A stretch of 32,000 nucleotides of DNA from Nonlabens ponticola (GCF_003966335.1 NZ_CP034549.1:2070001-2102000), one strand, 5' to 3'. Positions 17,318-26,854 are shown, numbered from the stretch's first letter. The notes: generated by a model from the sequence alone, not told the origin. Translations and numbers: made by a program.

Positions 17318-18040
17318 ATGAAAAAGTATGTAAAACTTATAGGGATTGTCTGGATTCTAGCCGGATTCAGCTTCTTTGTTTACATGTACTTCACATTTAT
17401 GGCACAAGGTGTAAATGCAGATGTACACAGCGATACTAAAGTAGTTTCCGTTACCCGATCTTCTAACTTTGATCTTTTTGAACCTAACGAGAATTCTAAA
17501 GGAACCATTTTCTTTTTTCCTGGTGCGCTAGTTGATCCAGCAGCCTATGCTCCTATTTGCCGTGAGCTTTCTCTAAATAATTACAAGACATACCTAATTC
17601 ACATGCCTTGGCGCATGGCTAGTCTGGGATACCAGTCAATACTTGAGGATAGTCTTATAGTAAAGGAAGAAAATAATATTTTAATTGGTCATTCTCAAGG
17701 CGCCAAAATGGCCGCCCAGTTTACCCAAGAACATCCAGAGCTGATAAATGGACTGGTTTTATTGGGAACCACACATCCACGAGATTACGCTCTAACGGCA
17801 AACGATGTTCAGGTGCTCAAGATTTATGGCGGCAATGATCAAGTAGCACCAGTAGATAAAGTATTGCTAAACAAAGTAAACCTTCCTGAGCACACGATTT
17901 ATGAAGAAATTGATGGTGGAAATCATTCTCAATTTGGACACTACGGGCAACAAATTGGCGATGGCTCTGCCTCTATCTCTCGTGAAAAACAACAGGAGAA
18001 AACCATCAATCATATTCTTCAATTTCTGGAAAATCTTTGA
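17318..18040 (+). CDS. alpha/beta hydrolase (membrane-anchored or secreted)
   Basis: N-terminal hydrophobic helix, nucleophile elbow GHSQGA, and a C-terminal GGNHSQF segment carrying the likely catalytic His. Confidence 0.7.
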   Translation: MKKYVKLIGIVWILAGFSFFVYMYFTFMAQGVNADVHSDTKVVSVTRSSNFDLFEPNENSKGTIFFFPGALVDPAAYAPICRELSLNNYKTYLIHMPWRMASLGYQSILEDSLIVKEENNILIGHSQGAKMAAQFTQEHPELINGLVLLGTTHPRDYALTANDVQVLKIYGGNDQVAPVDKVLLNKVNLPEHTIYEEIDGGNHSQFGHYGQQIGDGSASISREKQQEKTINHILQFLENL

Positions 18041-18104
18041 CCTTCAAGATTTAAAATAGAAACACGTTATAATGACATTTTGCTGTGGAAATGCTTTTAG
18101 AATA

Positions 18105-18126
18105 TTCCGCTTTCGCGAAAGCGTAA
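18105..18126. repeat. palindrome copy 5: TTCCGCTTTCGCGAAAGCGTAA (core 18109-18122, one mismatched pair)
   Basis: Read directly. It is intergenic, between the convergent 3' ends of the hydrolase gene and priA. Confidence 0.95.
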
Positions 18127-18162
18127 ACACGAATAACCAAATCACAATAGCTAAATTATCTA

Positions 18163-20613
18163 CTAATAACAATCTACATCAATAATACAACGCACTGACC
18201 TGAAAGCTTTAGCAGCTTCAAAACTGCGTTTTACTTTATTAATAAAAGCTTTTACCGCTGCTGGATTTTGCTGCTTATTCATTTTTACTAGGACGTTGAT
18301 CAGGTACAGATTTCTTACACGAGAAACTGGTGGGAATTCTGGACCCAGCACCTCAACGCCATGATCCAGCTGATTTAGTGCGCCCACAAACCACTCGCCT
18401 GCTTGCAGCGTGAGCTGGTAATTACGATGCTTCAACGTGATGCGTATCAATCGCTCGTATGGTGGATATTTAAACTGATACCTATCGTAAAGCTGTTCCT
18501 TGAACATAGTCGCATAGTCATACGTACTCACCTGTTGCATGATCCTATGTTCTGGATGGTATGTTTGTATAAGCACTTGACCGCGCTTTGACGTACGGCC
18601 GGCACGACCTGCTACTTGAGTTAATAATTGAAAGCAACGCTCGTGCGCTCTAAAGTCAGGAAAATTAAGCATGGTATCTGCATTGAGGACACCAACCAGC
18701 GACACTTGACGAAAGTCCAAACCCTTGGTCAACATTTGCGTTCCTACCAGACAATCGACTTCTTTATTTTCTACTTTTTCTATCAGTTTTTGGTAACTAT
18801 GCTTACCTCTTGTAGTATCAAGATCCATCCTGGCAATCTTATAATCAGGAAATAGTTCTTTGAACTCTTCCTCAATCTGTTCAGTTCCAAAACCTTTGGT
18901 ATCAATCTCTACGCTACTACAGGCTGCACATTCTTTGGGTAATAGAGTATGATATCCACAATAATGACAACGCAGCTCATTGCGGTGCTGATGCACAGTA
19001 AGACTTACATCACAATTAGGGCACTGTGGCGCATGACCACAGGTGTTGCATTCTAATACAGGAGCAAAACCGCGCCTATTTTGAAACAAAATCACCTGTT
19101 CTTGATTCTTAAACGCTGTTTCCATCTGTTCAATCAACGTGTCAGAAAAGTGATGCTGCATTCTTTTTTTACGATGCTTTTCTTTGATATCTACCAGCTG
19201 TATGGCTGGCATCAATACATTATTGAATCGTTTTTTAAGCTCAACGAGATCATATTTCCCAGTAGTTGCATTATGATAAGTTTCTAGCGCTGGCGTGGCA
19301 CTACCCATGAGTACGTTTGCTTGTTTGATTTTGGCAAGAACTACAGCAGCGTCGCGAGCATGATATCGCGGTGCTGGGTCAAACTGTTTGAAACTGGTCT
19401 CATGCTCCTCATCAACAATGATTAGCTTGAGATTCTGGTAAGGCAATAACACCGCGCTGCGCGCTCCTATCACCACATAGGGTTCTTCATCATTAAGAAC
19501 ATGATTCCATACTTCTTGACGCTCATTGGTGGTATATCTCGAGTGATAGACCAGCACTTGATGCTTGAAAAAATATTGAAGCCTAGCAATCAATTGCGTG
19601 GTCAAGGCAATCTCTGGTAACAAATAAAGAACCTGCTCACCTCGATCTAATGCTTCCTTGATGAGATGCACATAAATCTCGGTCTTACCGCTGCTAGTGA
19701 CGCCATGCAACAAACACACCTTGTCATTCTCAAAACTGGTTCTGATTTGTTCTAAAGCAGTTTGCTGATATTCATTGAGCTCATAAGTATCGCTACCTGC
19801 TTGCTCGTCCATAAGCATGCGACTTACCTCTTGCTCAGTCTCAATCAGGATGTTCTTTTCGATCAAGGTTTTAATAATTGCACGACTAGTACCAGCTCGT
19901 TTCTCAAGTTCTTTGCTTTTGACCAATTTATTGCTGGTTCCCATTATAAATAAGGTCATGATGACCTCGCGCTGTTTGGGCGCACGCGATAGTTCGTCTA
20001 GCAAGACTTTAAGCGTTTCCTCATCCTGATACTCTGCCGCTAGCTGGATGTACTTCTCAGTTTTTGCACTATAAGAGTTGGTCATTTCTTCTTGTAGAAG
20101 AATGGCGCCTTTGGCAAGCATGTTTTTTAGAATAGGTAATACTGTTTTGCGATCAAGTATCGCGATTACATCGTCAATCTTTAGTGCCTTGCGATGTTCT
20201 AGTGCTTCTAGCACAAGAAACTCTTGATCTGTGAGGTCGCTCTCATCAAAGCTGCCTTCTTCATCGCGCTGTATGATAGTCTCGCTTTCCAGCAATAAGG
20301 ATCGCGGCATGGCCGCGCGCATTACTTGACCTACACTACACATGTAGTAGGATGCTATCCATTCCCAAAACTTGATTTGATCTTTATGAACCACTGGCTC
20401 ATCATCAATGATAAACTCAATGTCCTTGATCTCATACGTGGCTTTCACATCATTGCGCACGGCGATAGCAATACCTGTATAAAGTCTCGATTTGCCAAAT
20501 GGAACGGCAATCCGCATTCCTGGTTTGATAACCTCAGCCTCGGCAGCATTGATGCGATAAGAGAAGTATCGATCTAGCGGTAATGGTAGAACAACATCTA
20601 GAAAATAGGCCAT
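18163..20613 (-). CDS. priA: primosomal protein N' (replication restart helicase)
   Basis: Walker A GVTSSGKTE, DEEH box VDEEHE, and the cysteine-rich zinc insert CNTCGH..CPNCDVSL......LRCHYCGY. Length is 816 aa. Confidence 0.93.
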   Translation of the reverse strand: MAYFLDVVLPLPLDRYFSYRINAAEAEVIKPGMRIAVPFGKSRLYTGIAIAVRNDVKATYEIKDIEFIIDDEPVVHKDQIKFWEWIASYYMCSVGQVMRAAMPRSLLLESETIIQRDEEGSFDESDLTDQEFLVLEALEHRKALKIDDVIAILDRKTVLPILKNMLAKGAILLQEEMTNSYSAKTEKYIQLAAEYQDEETLKVLLDELSRAPKQREVIMTLFIMGTSNKLVKSKELEKRAGTSRAIIKTLIEKNILIETEQEVSRMLMDEQAGSDTYELNEYQQTALEQIRTSFENDKVCLLHGVTSSGKTEIYVHLIKEALDRGEQVLYLLPEIALTTQLIARLQYFFKHQVLVYHSRYTTNERQEVWNHVLNDEEPYVVIGARSAVLLPYQNLKLIIVDEEHETSFKQFDPAPRYHARDAAVVLAKIKQANVLMGSATPALETYHNATTGKYDLVELKKRFNNVLMPAIQLVDIKEKHRKKRMQHHFSDTLIEQMETAFKNQEQVILFQNRRGFAPVLECNTCGHAPQCPNCDVSLTVHQHRNELRCHYCGYHTLLPKECAACSSVEIDTKGFGTEQIEEEFKELFPDYKIARMDLDTTRGKHSYQKLIEKVENKEVDCLVGTQMLTKGLDFRQVSLVGVLNADTMLNFPDFRAHERCFQLLTQVAGRAGRTSKRGQVLIQTYHPEHRIMQQVSTYDYATMFKEQLYDRYQFKYPPYERLIRITLKHRNYQLTLQAGEWFVGALNQLDHGVEVLGPEFPPVSRVRNLYLINVLVKMNKQQNPAAVKAFINKVKRSFEAAKAFRSVRCIIDVDCY

Positions 20614-20642
20614 AAAAAAATCGGTTATGTAAAAATAACCGA
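20614..20642 (-). terminator. hairpin plus U-tract downstream of the DUF2147 gene, abutting the priA ATG
   Basis: The minus strand reads TCGGTTAT-ttttac-ATAACCGA, then TTTTTTT, then the ATG at 20613 with no spacer. Confidence 0.65.
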
Positions 20643-20681
20643 TCTATAAATGTTGCCTATTATTAAAACTACAATTTTACT

Positions 20682-21098
20682 TTAAAGACGCTGCCATTGT
20701 TGCGTGCGATAAAAAAATGCTACATAACCACGTACATTAAGTGTGTTCTTATCCTCAAGCCAGATTTTACAGTCATATGATTTACCATTTTTGGGGTCGA
20801 TCACAGTACCATCCTCATATTTATCGCCATCTTTCTCTAGCCCATACATGATGACCATTCCTTCAATAGGTTGATCCTTGCGTGATCCTGGGCAATAAAC
20901 ACATAAAGCAGGATCTGGCGCATCTGGGTCAAGAACCTTGAGAACTTTACCCTTGATCTGGTCACCGTCACGATAGATTTCTACATGAGACATTACATTA
21001 CCAGTATTATCGTCGATGGTTTTCCAGGTTCCTGTGACGTCTTGAGAGTTAGCTTTCGCGAAAGCAAAACACAACAAAACCGCAACTACATATTTCAT
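20682..21098 (-). CDS. DUF2147 domain-containing secreted protein
   Basis: Signal peptide followed by GTWKTIDDNTG...SHVEIY..GD.IKGKV, typical of DUF2147. Length is 138 aa. Confidence 0.75.
   Translation of the reverse strand: MKYVVAVLLCFAFAKANSQDVTGTWKTIDDNTGNVMSHVEIYRDGDQIKGKVLKVLDPDAPDPALCVYCPGSRKDQPIEGMVIMYGLEKDGDKYEDGTVIDPKNGKSYDCKIWLEDKNTLNVRGYVAFFYRTQQWQRL
21052..21065. repeat. palindrome copy 6: core only
   Basis: Read directly. It lies inside the DUF2147 gene (minus strand), read as A-F-A-K-A at the end of the signal peptide. Confidence 0.95.
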
Positions 21099-21112
21099 AA
21101 TTCTAGGGTATT

Positions 21113-21138
21113 AAAAAGCCCATGAAGACATGGGCTTT
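21113..21138 (-). terminator. rho-independent terminator downstream of the chalcone-isomerase-like gene
   Basis: The minus strand reads AAAGCCCATG-tctt-CATGGGCTTT followed by TTTTT (A run 21113-21117 on the plus strand). Confidence 0.7.
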
Positions 21139-21158
21139 GATATTATAAATAAAGATAA

Positions 21159-21722
21159 TTACTTACCTAAAAGACCATCTTTAAGATCGTCATCTGCTGG
21201 CTTATCGCCCAACCATATACCGAATAGAGCTTTTTTGAAGTCCATTCCTTCAATCGTTCCTAAAAGTGCGCCGTTCTTATGCACCATTGTTCCTTTACCA
21301 GGCACATAGGATAACTGAAACTCGTTACCACTCACGATAGGCTTATTGAAGAAACCGATGAATTTATCAATCTTAGGTTGCAATGCCTTACGTTCTGCCT
21401 TTGAGGTACTAGCTTGAAAACCTTCTTCTACAGAGCTAATCATCTTATCTTGAGTTACTAATTTACTCACGATATCTAATGTAATAGCCATAAACTCGTC
21501 GGCATTTACAATTGCTTTACCATCAGAAGATTTTGTAGTAGTATAAAGACCACCTACATAAAGATCGATCCATAATTTCTCGCGCAGACCAGCACCGTTA
21601 AGCATGAGTTCCTTACCATCAACGGTAACAGATTTCTCAACAGTAACGTCTTCTACAACGATCTGTGCATCAGCAGTATAAATTCCCATAAATGCCACAG
21701 CAACAAGAAGTAATTTTTTCAT
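21159..21722 (-). CDS. chalcone isomerase-like family protein (secreted)
   Basis: Signal peptide plus LMLNGAGLREKLWIDLYVGGLY, the bacterial Chalcone_3-type signature. Length is 187 aa. Confidence 0.7.
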   Translation of the reverse strand: MKKLLLVAVAFMGIYTADAQIVVEDVTVEKSVTVDGKELMLNGAGLREKLWIDLYVGGLYTTTKSSDGKAIVNADEFMAITLDIVSKLVTQDKMISSVEEGFQASTSKAERKALQPKIDKFIGFFNKPIVSGNEFQLSYVPGKGTMVHKNGALLGTIEGMDFKKALFGIWLGDKPADDDLKDGLLGK

Positions 21723-21751
21723 TTTATAAATTTTAGTTGTTTAAATATACA

Positions 21752-22681
21752 CTATACTTTCAAATTCCGTGCCTTTAATGATCTTATGGATGCATTAAGC
21801 TCGTATCCCAGCAATAATAGGTTTGCATTGAGCCATATATAGATCATTAAAATGATCAACGCGCCTATGGATCCATATATCTCATTGTAGGAAGCAAAAT
21901 TATCTAGGTAAATACCGTATAAATAAGAAATGATAATGATCAAAACGGTTGTCATCACAGAACCTATTGAAAAGAAATGTGTATCACGTCCTTCCTTAGT
22001 TCCTGTATAGTATAGAGTCGCTACAAATAAATAGAGTAAAAGAATTGCCGTAGAAATCCTGATGATGATAAGCCAGATCTCAGTAGAGCTTTGAGTCATA
22101 AAATCTTGTGCCCGCAAGTCATTGATCCAGAATTCAAACGTACCCGTGATAATAACCATTACTAATAAAAACAACGATAATAATAAAGACACACCTACTG
22201 ATATAATGTATTGCCTGATCATATTACGGTTAAAAGAGCTATGGTAACTGCGCTCAAAACCGTCAAAGACCGCATTGATACCGTTGCTCATAAAGAACAA
22301 TGAGGTCACAAACGATATCGTCAATAGACCTGTGTTTTCTTGCAGCGCTATCTCTCTAAAAATATTATCAAAAGAACCTGCAGCCTGCGCTGGCAATAAA
22401 TCATTGACAAAAGAGAGAAATTCTATCTGAAAATCATCAATAGGCACAAACGGTATCAAATTCAAAATAAAGATGATAAACGGAAAAATGGCCATGAAGA
22501 AACTGTAGCTTATAGCACTGGCACGCAGTGTAAAAGCACCTTGGACAATACCTACACTATAAGTTTCCCACAGATCATAGGCAGTCATACCTTCAAATCC
22601 TGGCAAACGTGCACGGCTACTTACGGCCACAAGCCAAGAAATTACAGGTATTCTATCCAGTATTTCCTTAAGTTTACTCAT
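21752..22681 (-). CDS. YihY/BrkB family inner membrane protein
   Basis: A 309-aa polytopic membrane protein with about 6 TM helices. The N-terminal pattern ...GFEGM..YDL...Y is typical of the YihY family. Confidence 0.7.
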   Translation of the reverse strand: MSKLKEILDRIPVISWLVAVSSRARLPGFEGMTAYDLWETYSVGIVQGAFTLRASAISYSFFMAIFPFIIFILNLIPFVPIDDFQIEFLSFVNDLLPAQAAGSFDNIFREIALQENTGLLTISFVTSLFFMSNGINAVFDGFERSYHSSFNRNMIRQYIISVGVSLLLSLFLLVMVIITGTFEFWINDLRAQDFMTQSSTEIWLIIIRISTAILLLYLFVATLYYTGTKEGRDTHFFSIGSVMTTVLIIIISYLYGIYLDNFASYNEIYGSIGALIILMIYIWLNANLLLLGYELNASIRSLKARNLKV

Positions 22682-23543
22682 GCACTGCTTTAAGACTCAA
22701 ATCCAAATTGTAAACACTATGTGTAAGTGCGCCGCTTGAGATGTAATCAACGCCGCATTCTGCATACTGGCGTACGGTATCGAGTGTGATGCCGCCACTA
22801 CTTTCGGTTAGGCACTTATCGCCTATTAATTTGACAGCCGCTCGTGTATCCTCATAATTAAAGTTGTCGATAAGAATACGATAAACATGCTCGTGGGATT
22901 CCAGTATTTCCTTTATCTCTTCCATATCTCGCGCCTCTACAATAATTTTCAAGTCACGACCTAGCTCTTCAAGGTAAGCTACCGTCTTGCGTATTGCCTG
23001 CGTGATGCCACCAGCAAAATCAATGTGGTTGTCTTTAAGCATAATCACATCGTACAATCCTTGACGATGATTGACGCCACCACCTATATGTACTGCCCAC
23101 TTTTCCAACAGCCTTATTCCTGGTGTGGTTTTTCTGGTGTCCAGAATCTTAGTTCCAGTACCTTCAAGTTTCTCAACAAAGGTTTTGGTTTTGGTAGCAA
23201 TCGCACTCATACGTTGCATGCTGTTCAGTACAAATCTTTCTGCCAGCAATATGGATTGAGATGATCCAGATACATGAAATACCTCATCACCATGCGTTAC
23301 TTGATCACCGTCGTTAAAACACGTGGCAATTTTTATGTTGGGGTCGACTTTGTGGAATACCGCTTTCGCGAAAGCTACACCAGCAACAACACCTGTGTCT
23401 TTGACTAGCAACCGTGCTTTGCCCATAGCACTTGCAGGGATGCATGCGAGACTGCTGTGATCGCCGTCACCTACATCTTCTCGTATGGCATTAGCGATGA
23501 TACGATCTTGTTCCCTTTCAAATTGGGAGCCACTATATTTCAT
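22674..23543 (-). CDS. nadC: nicotinate-nucleotide diphosphorylase (carboxylating)
   Basis: QPRTase pattern ...EDVG.GDH.S.. ..., ILDTRKTTPG.R.LEK.AV..GGG.NHR.GL.D..MLKDNH. I prefer the ATG at 23543 (MKYSGS...) to the upstream GTG at 23594, whose extension is hydrophobic and looks non-genic. Confidence 0.9.
   Translation of the reverse strand: MKYSGSQFEREQDRIIANAIREDVGDGDHSSLACIPASAMGKARLLVKDTGVVAGVAFAKAVFHKVDPNIKIATCFNDGDQVTHGDEVFHVSGSSQSILLAERFVLNSMQRMSAIATKTKTFVEKLEGTGTKILDTRKTTPGIRLLEKWAVHIGGGVNHRQGLYDVIMLKDNHIDFAGGITQAIRKTVAYLEELGRDLKIIVEARDMEEIKEILESHEHVYRILIDNFNYEDTRAAVKLIGDKCLTESSGGITLDTVRQYAECGVDYISSGALTHSVYNLDLSLKAVHE
23362..23375. repeat. palindrome copy 7: core only
   Basis: Read directly. 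It lies inside nadC (minus strand), read as A-F-A-K-A. Confidence 0.95.
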
Positions 23544-23621
23544 AAATGGAATGGTTATTACCTCAAAAGTAATTAGGAATAAGGCAATCACCACATATTT
23601 AAAGAATTTACCTTTGCGTTT

Positions 23622-24095
23622 ATGAAAATCACCTTGCTTGCCGTAGGAAAAACTGATGACCAGCGCATTGCAGACCTAACTGATGTGTACGTGCGGCGCT
23701 TAGGTCATTATATAGACTTTGAGTTACTCATAATTCCAGACCTCAAACGCACAAAAAACCTGAGCGAAGACCAGCAAAAGTCAAAAGAAGGTGAGATTAT
23801 TATTAAACAGTTGGAAAAAAGTGACTTTGTCACTTTGCTAGATGAAAAAGGAAAACAGATGTCCAGCATGCAATTTGCTCAATTGATCAATAAACGAAGC
23901 GTAGCAGGATTGAAACGACTGGTATTTGTAATTGGTGGCCCGTACGGATTTTCAAGCGATGTCTACGATCGAGCCAACTCAAAATTGAGTCTAAGCAGCA
24001 TGACTTTTTCACATCAAATGGTGCGCTTATTTGCTGTCGAGCAACTTTATAGAGCGTTCACTATCCTCAAGAATGAACCTTATCATCACGAGTAG
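23622..24095 (+). CDS. rlmH: 23S rRNA (pseudouridine1915-N3)-methyltransferase
   Basis: A 157-aa SPOUT-family protein: MKI.LLAVGKT.......Y..R......... ..IGGPYGFS..V..RA....SLS.MTFSHQMVR....EQLYRA..I....PYH. Confidence 0.9.
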   Translation: MKITLLAVGKTDDQRIADLTDVYVRRLGHYIDFELLIIPDLKRTKNLSEDQQKSKEGEIIIKQLEKSDFVTLLDEKGKQMSSMQFAQLINKRSVAGLKRLVFVIGGPYGFSSDVYDRANSKLSLSSMTFSHQMVRLFAVEQLYRAFTILKNEPYHHE

Positions 24096-24175
24096 ATTCT
24101 GACTGGTAAAAAATCGCAAACTATCGTACTTTTATAGGAACCAGCAACCCATCAATTTGCTGTTGTCTACTATTC

Positions 24176-25846
24176 ATGAAAGATCCACGATTTCCCGAAC
24201 TTACTGCACGCCAAATAAAGATTTTAAAAGAATACGGCGAGGTAAAATCCTTTGATAAACCAGAACGCATCTTCTCGCTGGGTGAACAGCGTTATAAATT
24301 CTTTGTCGTTCTTGATGGCGTCGTCAATATTGAAGATCCAACTAACGACAACAAGATTATTGTAGAACATGGCAAAAATGAGTTTACCGGTGACGCTGGA
24401 ATGCTATCCAATCGTGGTGCACAATTTCATGCGGTAGCACAGCCTGGAACCAGCGTACTATCCATAAATCCAGATCGTATTCATGAGATTATTTCAAAGC
24501 ACAGCGATATAAGTGACACGTTGCTTAATGCTTTTTTACAGAGACAGGAAACGGTACTCAATGAATTTACGGGCGGCTTGAAGCTTATAGGTTCTGGTAA
24601 ATCCAATACGACCTATGAAATAAGAGACTTTCTTGAAAAAAATCACATCTGGCATAACTTCTTGAACGTGGATAGTTCTAAGGAAGCAGTCGAGCTATTG
24701 GATCAATTCAGCATTTGTCCAGATGACTTGCCTATCTTGATCAATGCAGATGGTAAGGTTTGCGCACAGCCCAATCTTGATGAGTTGGCTAGATACACTG
24801 GTGTATTGATGGATTTTGAAGATCGCGTCTTTGATGTGTTAGTAATAGGCGCTGGCCCATCTGGACTGGCTGCGAGCGTTTATGCAGCATCAGAAGGTTT
24901 GAGCACCGTTACCATTGATAGTAGTGCGCCAGGTGGACAGGCTGGTAAAAGTTCTAAAATTGAAAACTATTTAGGGTTTCCTACAGGTATCTCAGGAAGC
25001 GATCTTGCTAATCGTGCCTACATTCAAGCGCAAAAGTTTGGGTGTAACATATCGATCCCACATAAGGCGGAAAGTATTGAGCATACAGGCGACCATTTTA
25101 TTTTGTGCGCATCTAACGGTAAGGAAATTAAAACAAGAGCTTTGGTGGCCGCGACAGGTGCCAATTACCGCAGATTGCCTGTTGATAATCTAGAGAAGTA
25201 TGAAGGTAGCGGCGTTTACTATAGTGCAACAGGAATGGATGCCAGTGGTTGTGAAAATGAACTCGTAGGAATCGTTGGTGGCGGAAACAGCGCTGGACAA
25301 GCTGCTATGTTTCTGGCAAAATTTGCCAAGCACGTTCATGTGATTTTACGAGGTGATGATCTAGGTGCTAAGATGAGTGATTATCTGGTTCAACGCATTA
25401 TGGCGTCTGAAAGAATCACATTGCACAAGAATACAGAGGTTACTGAACTGCATGGAGATCATTCTCTAGAAAAATGTACACTGATCACACCTGGTGGTGA
25501 TGAGCAAATGGAAATTACAAACCTATTCACCTTCATAGGAGCAAAACCTTGTACAGAATGGCTGGGTGATTTGGTTGTGACAGATCCTAAAGGTTTCATT
25601 TGCACTGGACCCGATATCAGAAATACTGAGAAAAGTACCTGTAGTATTTATAAACAACGTGATCCACAATCCTTAGAAACTAGTATTCCAGGCTTTTTTG
25701 CCGTTGGTGATGTACGCAACGGTTCTGTCAAGCGTGTGGCGAGTGCCGTAGGTGAAGGTTCTATGGTAATAAGCCAGGTGCACCGATTTTTAGGAGAATT
25801 GCGTACTAATGAAAATGTAGATATGGAAGTTGCTTCCAACTCTTAA
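24176..25846 (+). CDS. cyclic-nucleotide-binding domain fused to a thioredoxin-reductase-fold FAD/NAD(P)H oxidoreductase
   Basis: N-terminal cNMP-binding beta-barrel (...FFVVLDGVVNIED...GKNEFTGDAGMLS...). FAD GxGxxG VIGAGPSGLAA, NAD(P)H GxGxxG IVGGGNSAGQAA, and C-terminal FAVGDV. No CxxC occurs anywhere in the protein. Confidence 0.8.
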   Translation: MKDPRFPELTARQIKILKEYGEVKSFDKPERIFSLGEQRYKFFVVLDGVVNIEDPTNDNKIIVEHGKNEFTGDAGMLSNRGAQFHAVAQPGTSVLSINPDRIHEIISKHSDISDTLLNAFLQRQETVLNEFTGGLKLIGSGKSNTTYEIRDFLEKNHIWHNFLNVDSSKEAVELLDQFSICPDDLPILINADGKVCAQPNLDELARYTGVLMDFEDRVFDVLVIGAGPSGLAASVYAASEGLSTVTIDSSAPGGQAGKSSKIENYLGFPTGISGSDLANRAYIQAQKFGCNISIPHKAESIEHTGDHFILCASNGKEIKTRALVAATGANYRRLPVDNLEKYEGSGVYYSATGMDASGCENELVGIVGGGNSAGQAAMFLAKFAKHVHVILRGDDLGAKMSDYLVQRIMASERITLHKNTEVTELHGDHSLEKCTLITPGGDEQMEITNLFTFIGAKPCTEWLGDLVVTDPKGFICTGPDIRNTEKSTCSIYKQRDPQSLETSIPGFFAVGDVRNGSVKRVASAVGEGSMVISQVHRFLGELRTNENVDMEVASNS

Positions 25847-25888
25847 AATTCGTGCAATCCTACTACCTTTGCACAAAATTCTTTTTTC

Positions 25889-26497
25889 ATGCTCATATTA
25901 GGAATTGCTGGTGGTACTGGTAGTGGTAAAACAACCGTGGTCAATCAGGTAGCACACGAGTATCCAGACAGCGATGTTACAGTTATATCGCAAGATTCCT
26001 ATTATAAAGATACCAGTCATTTGACTTATGAGGAACGTGTCAACATTAACTTTGACCATCCTAATTCAATAGATTTTGATCTACTTGAACAACACTTGCA
26101 TGAACTGCGCAAAGGAAATACAATTGAACAGCCAGTTTATTCTTTTGTGGATCATAATCGCACTCAAGAAACAGTCACCACGGCACCCAGTAAAGTTATT
26201 ATTGTTGAAGGAATTTTGATATTGACGCAGCCAGCGATACGTACATTGTTCGATATCAAGGTTTATATAGACTGCGATAGTGATGAGCGATTGATCAGAA
26301 GATTAAAACGTGATATCGCAGATCGTGGTCGTGATCTTGATGAGGTTCTTGATCGTTATCAAAACACGCTCAAACCTATGCACCAGCAATTTATTGAGCC
26401 TACTAAGGCTTATGCAGATGTCATCATACCTACCAATAAAATCAACCGCGTAGGTGTTAAAATCTTACGCTCTATTCTGGACAACCGCCTAGGCTAA
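25889..26497 (+). CDS. udk: uridine kinase
   Basis: P-loop GIAGGTGSGKTT, ...SQDSYYKD..., and ...R..RD...RGR. Length is 202 aa. Confidence 0.92.
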   Translation: MLILGIAGGTGSGKTTVVNQVAHEYPDSDVTVISQDSYYKDTSHLTYEERVNINFDHPNSIDFDLLEQHLHELRKGNTIEQPVYSFVDHNRTQETVTTAPSKVIIVEGILILTQPAIRTLFDIKVYIDCDSDERLIRRLKRDIADRGRDLDEVLDRYQNTLKPMHQQFIEPTKAYADVIIPTNKINRVGVKILRSILDNRLG

Positions 26498-26515
26498 TTT
26501 CTTACCTTAGACCTC

Positions 26516-26854
26516 ATGAAATGGAAGGATCTGAAGCAACAATGGTACTGGAAGTATGCAACTAATAAGTACATACTTATAACTATTGTCTTTGTAATCT
26601 GGATGTTGTTCCTTGATGGCAACGCATGGCTCACATCACATCGAGCGATGGACAAGAAGATTCAAGAAAAAGAACAAACTGCAGACTTTTACATGCGTGG
26701 TATTGCGCGAGATCAAGAGCGCATCAAGCAACTCAAAGACAGCAACGGTATAGAAAAGTTTGCACGAGAGCGCTATTTAATGAAGCGAGACAATGAGGAA
26801 ATCTACATCATTGAGTATGCAGATTCCATAAAAAATGAAGACGATGAGCGATAA
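26516..26854 (+). CDS. FtsB/DivIC-type septum formation initiator family protein
   Basis: A single TM helix, then a coiled coil, then the ...IEKFARERYLMKRDNEEIY motif. Length is 112 aa. Confidence 0.75.
   Translation: MKWKDLKQQWYWKYATNKYILITIVFVIWMLFLDGNAWLTSHRAMDKKIQEKEQTADFYMRGIARDQERIKQLKDSNGIEKFARERYLMKRDNEEIYIIEYADSIKNEDDER

Noticed and set aside
23544-23594. N-terminal extension of nadC from the GTG at 23594
   Set aside because: The extra 17 residues (MVIALFLITFEVITIPF) are hydrophobic and unlike QPRTase N-termini. An ATG at 23543 gives a normal start (MKYSGSQFERE...).
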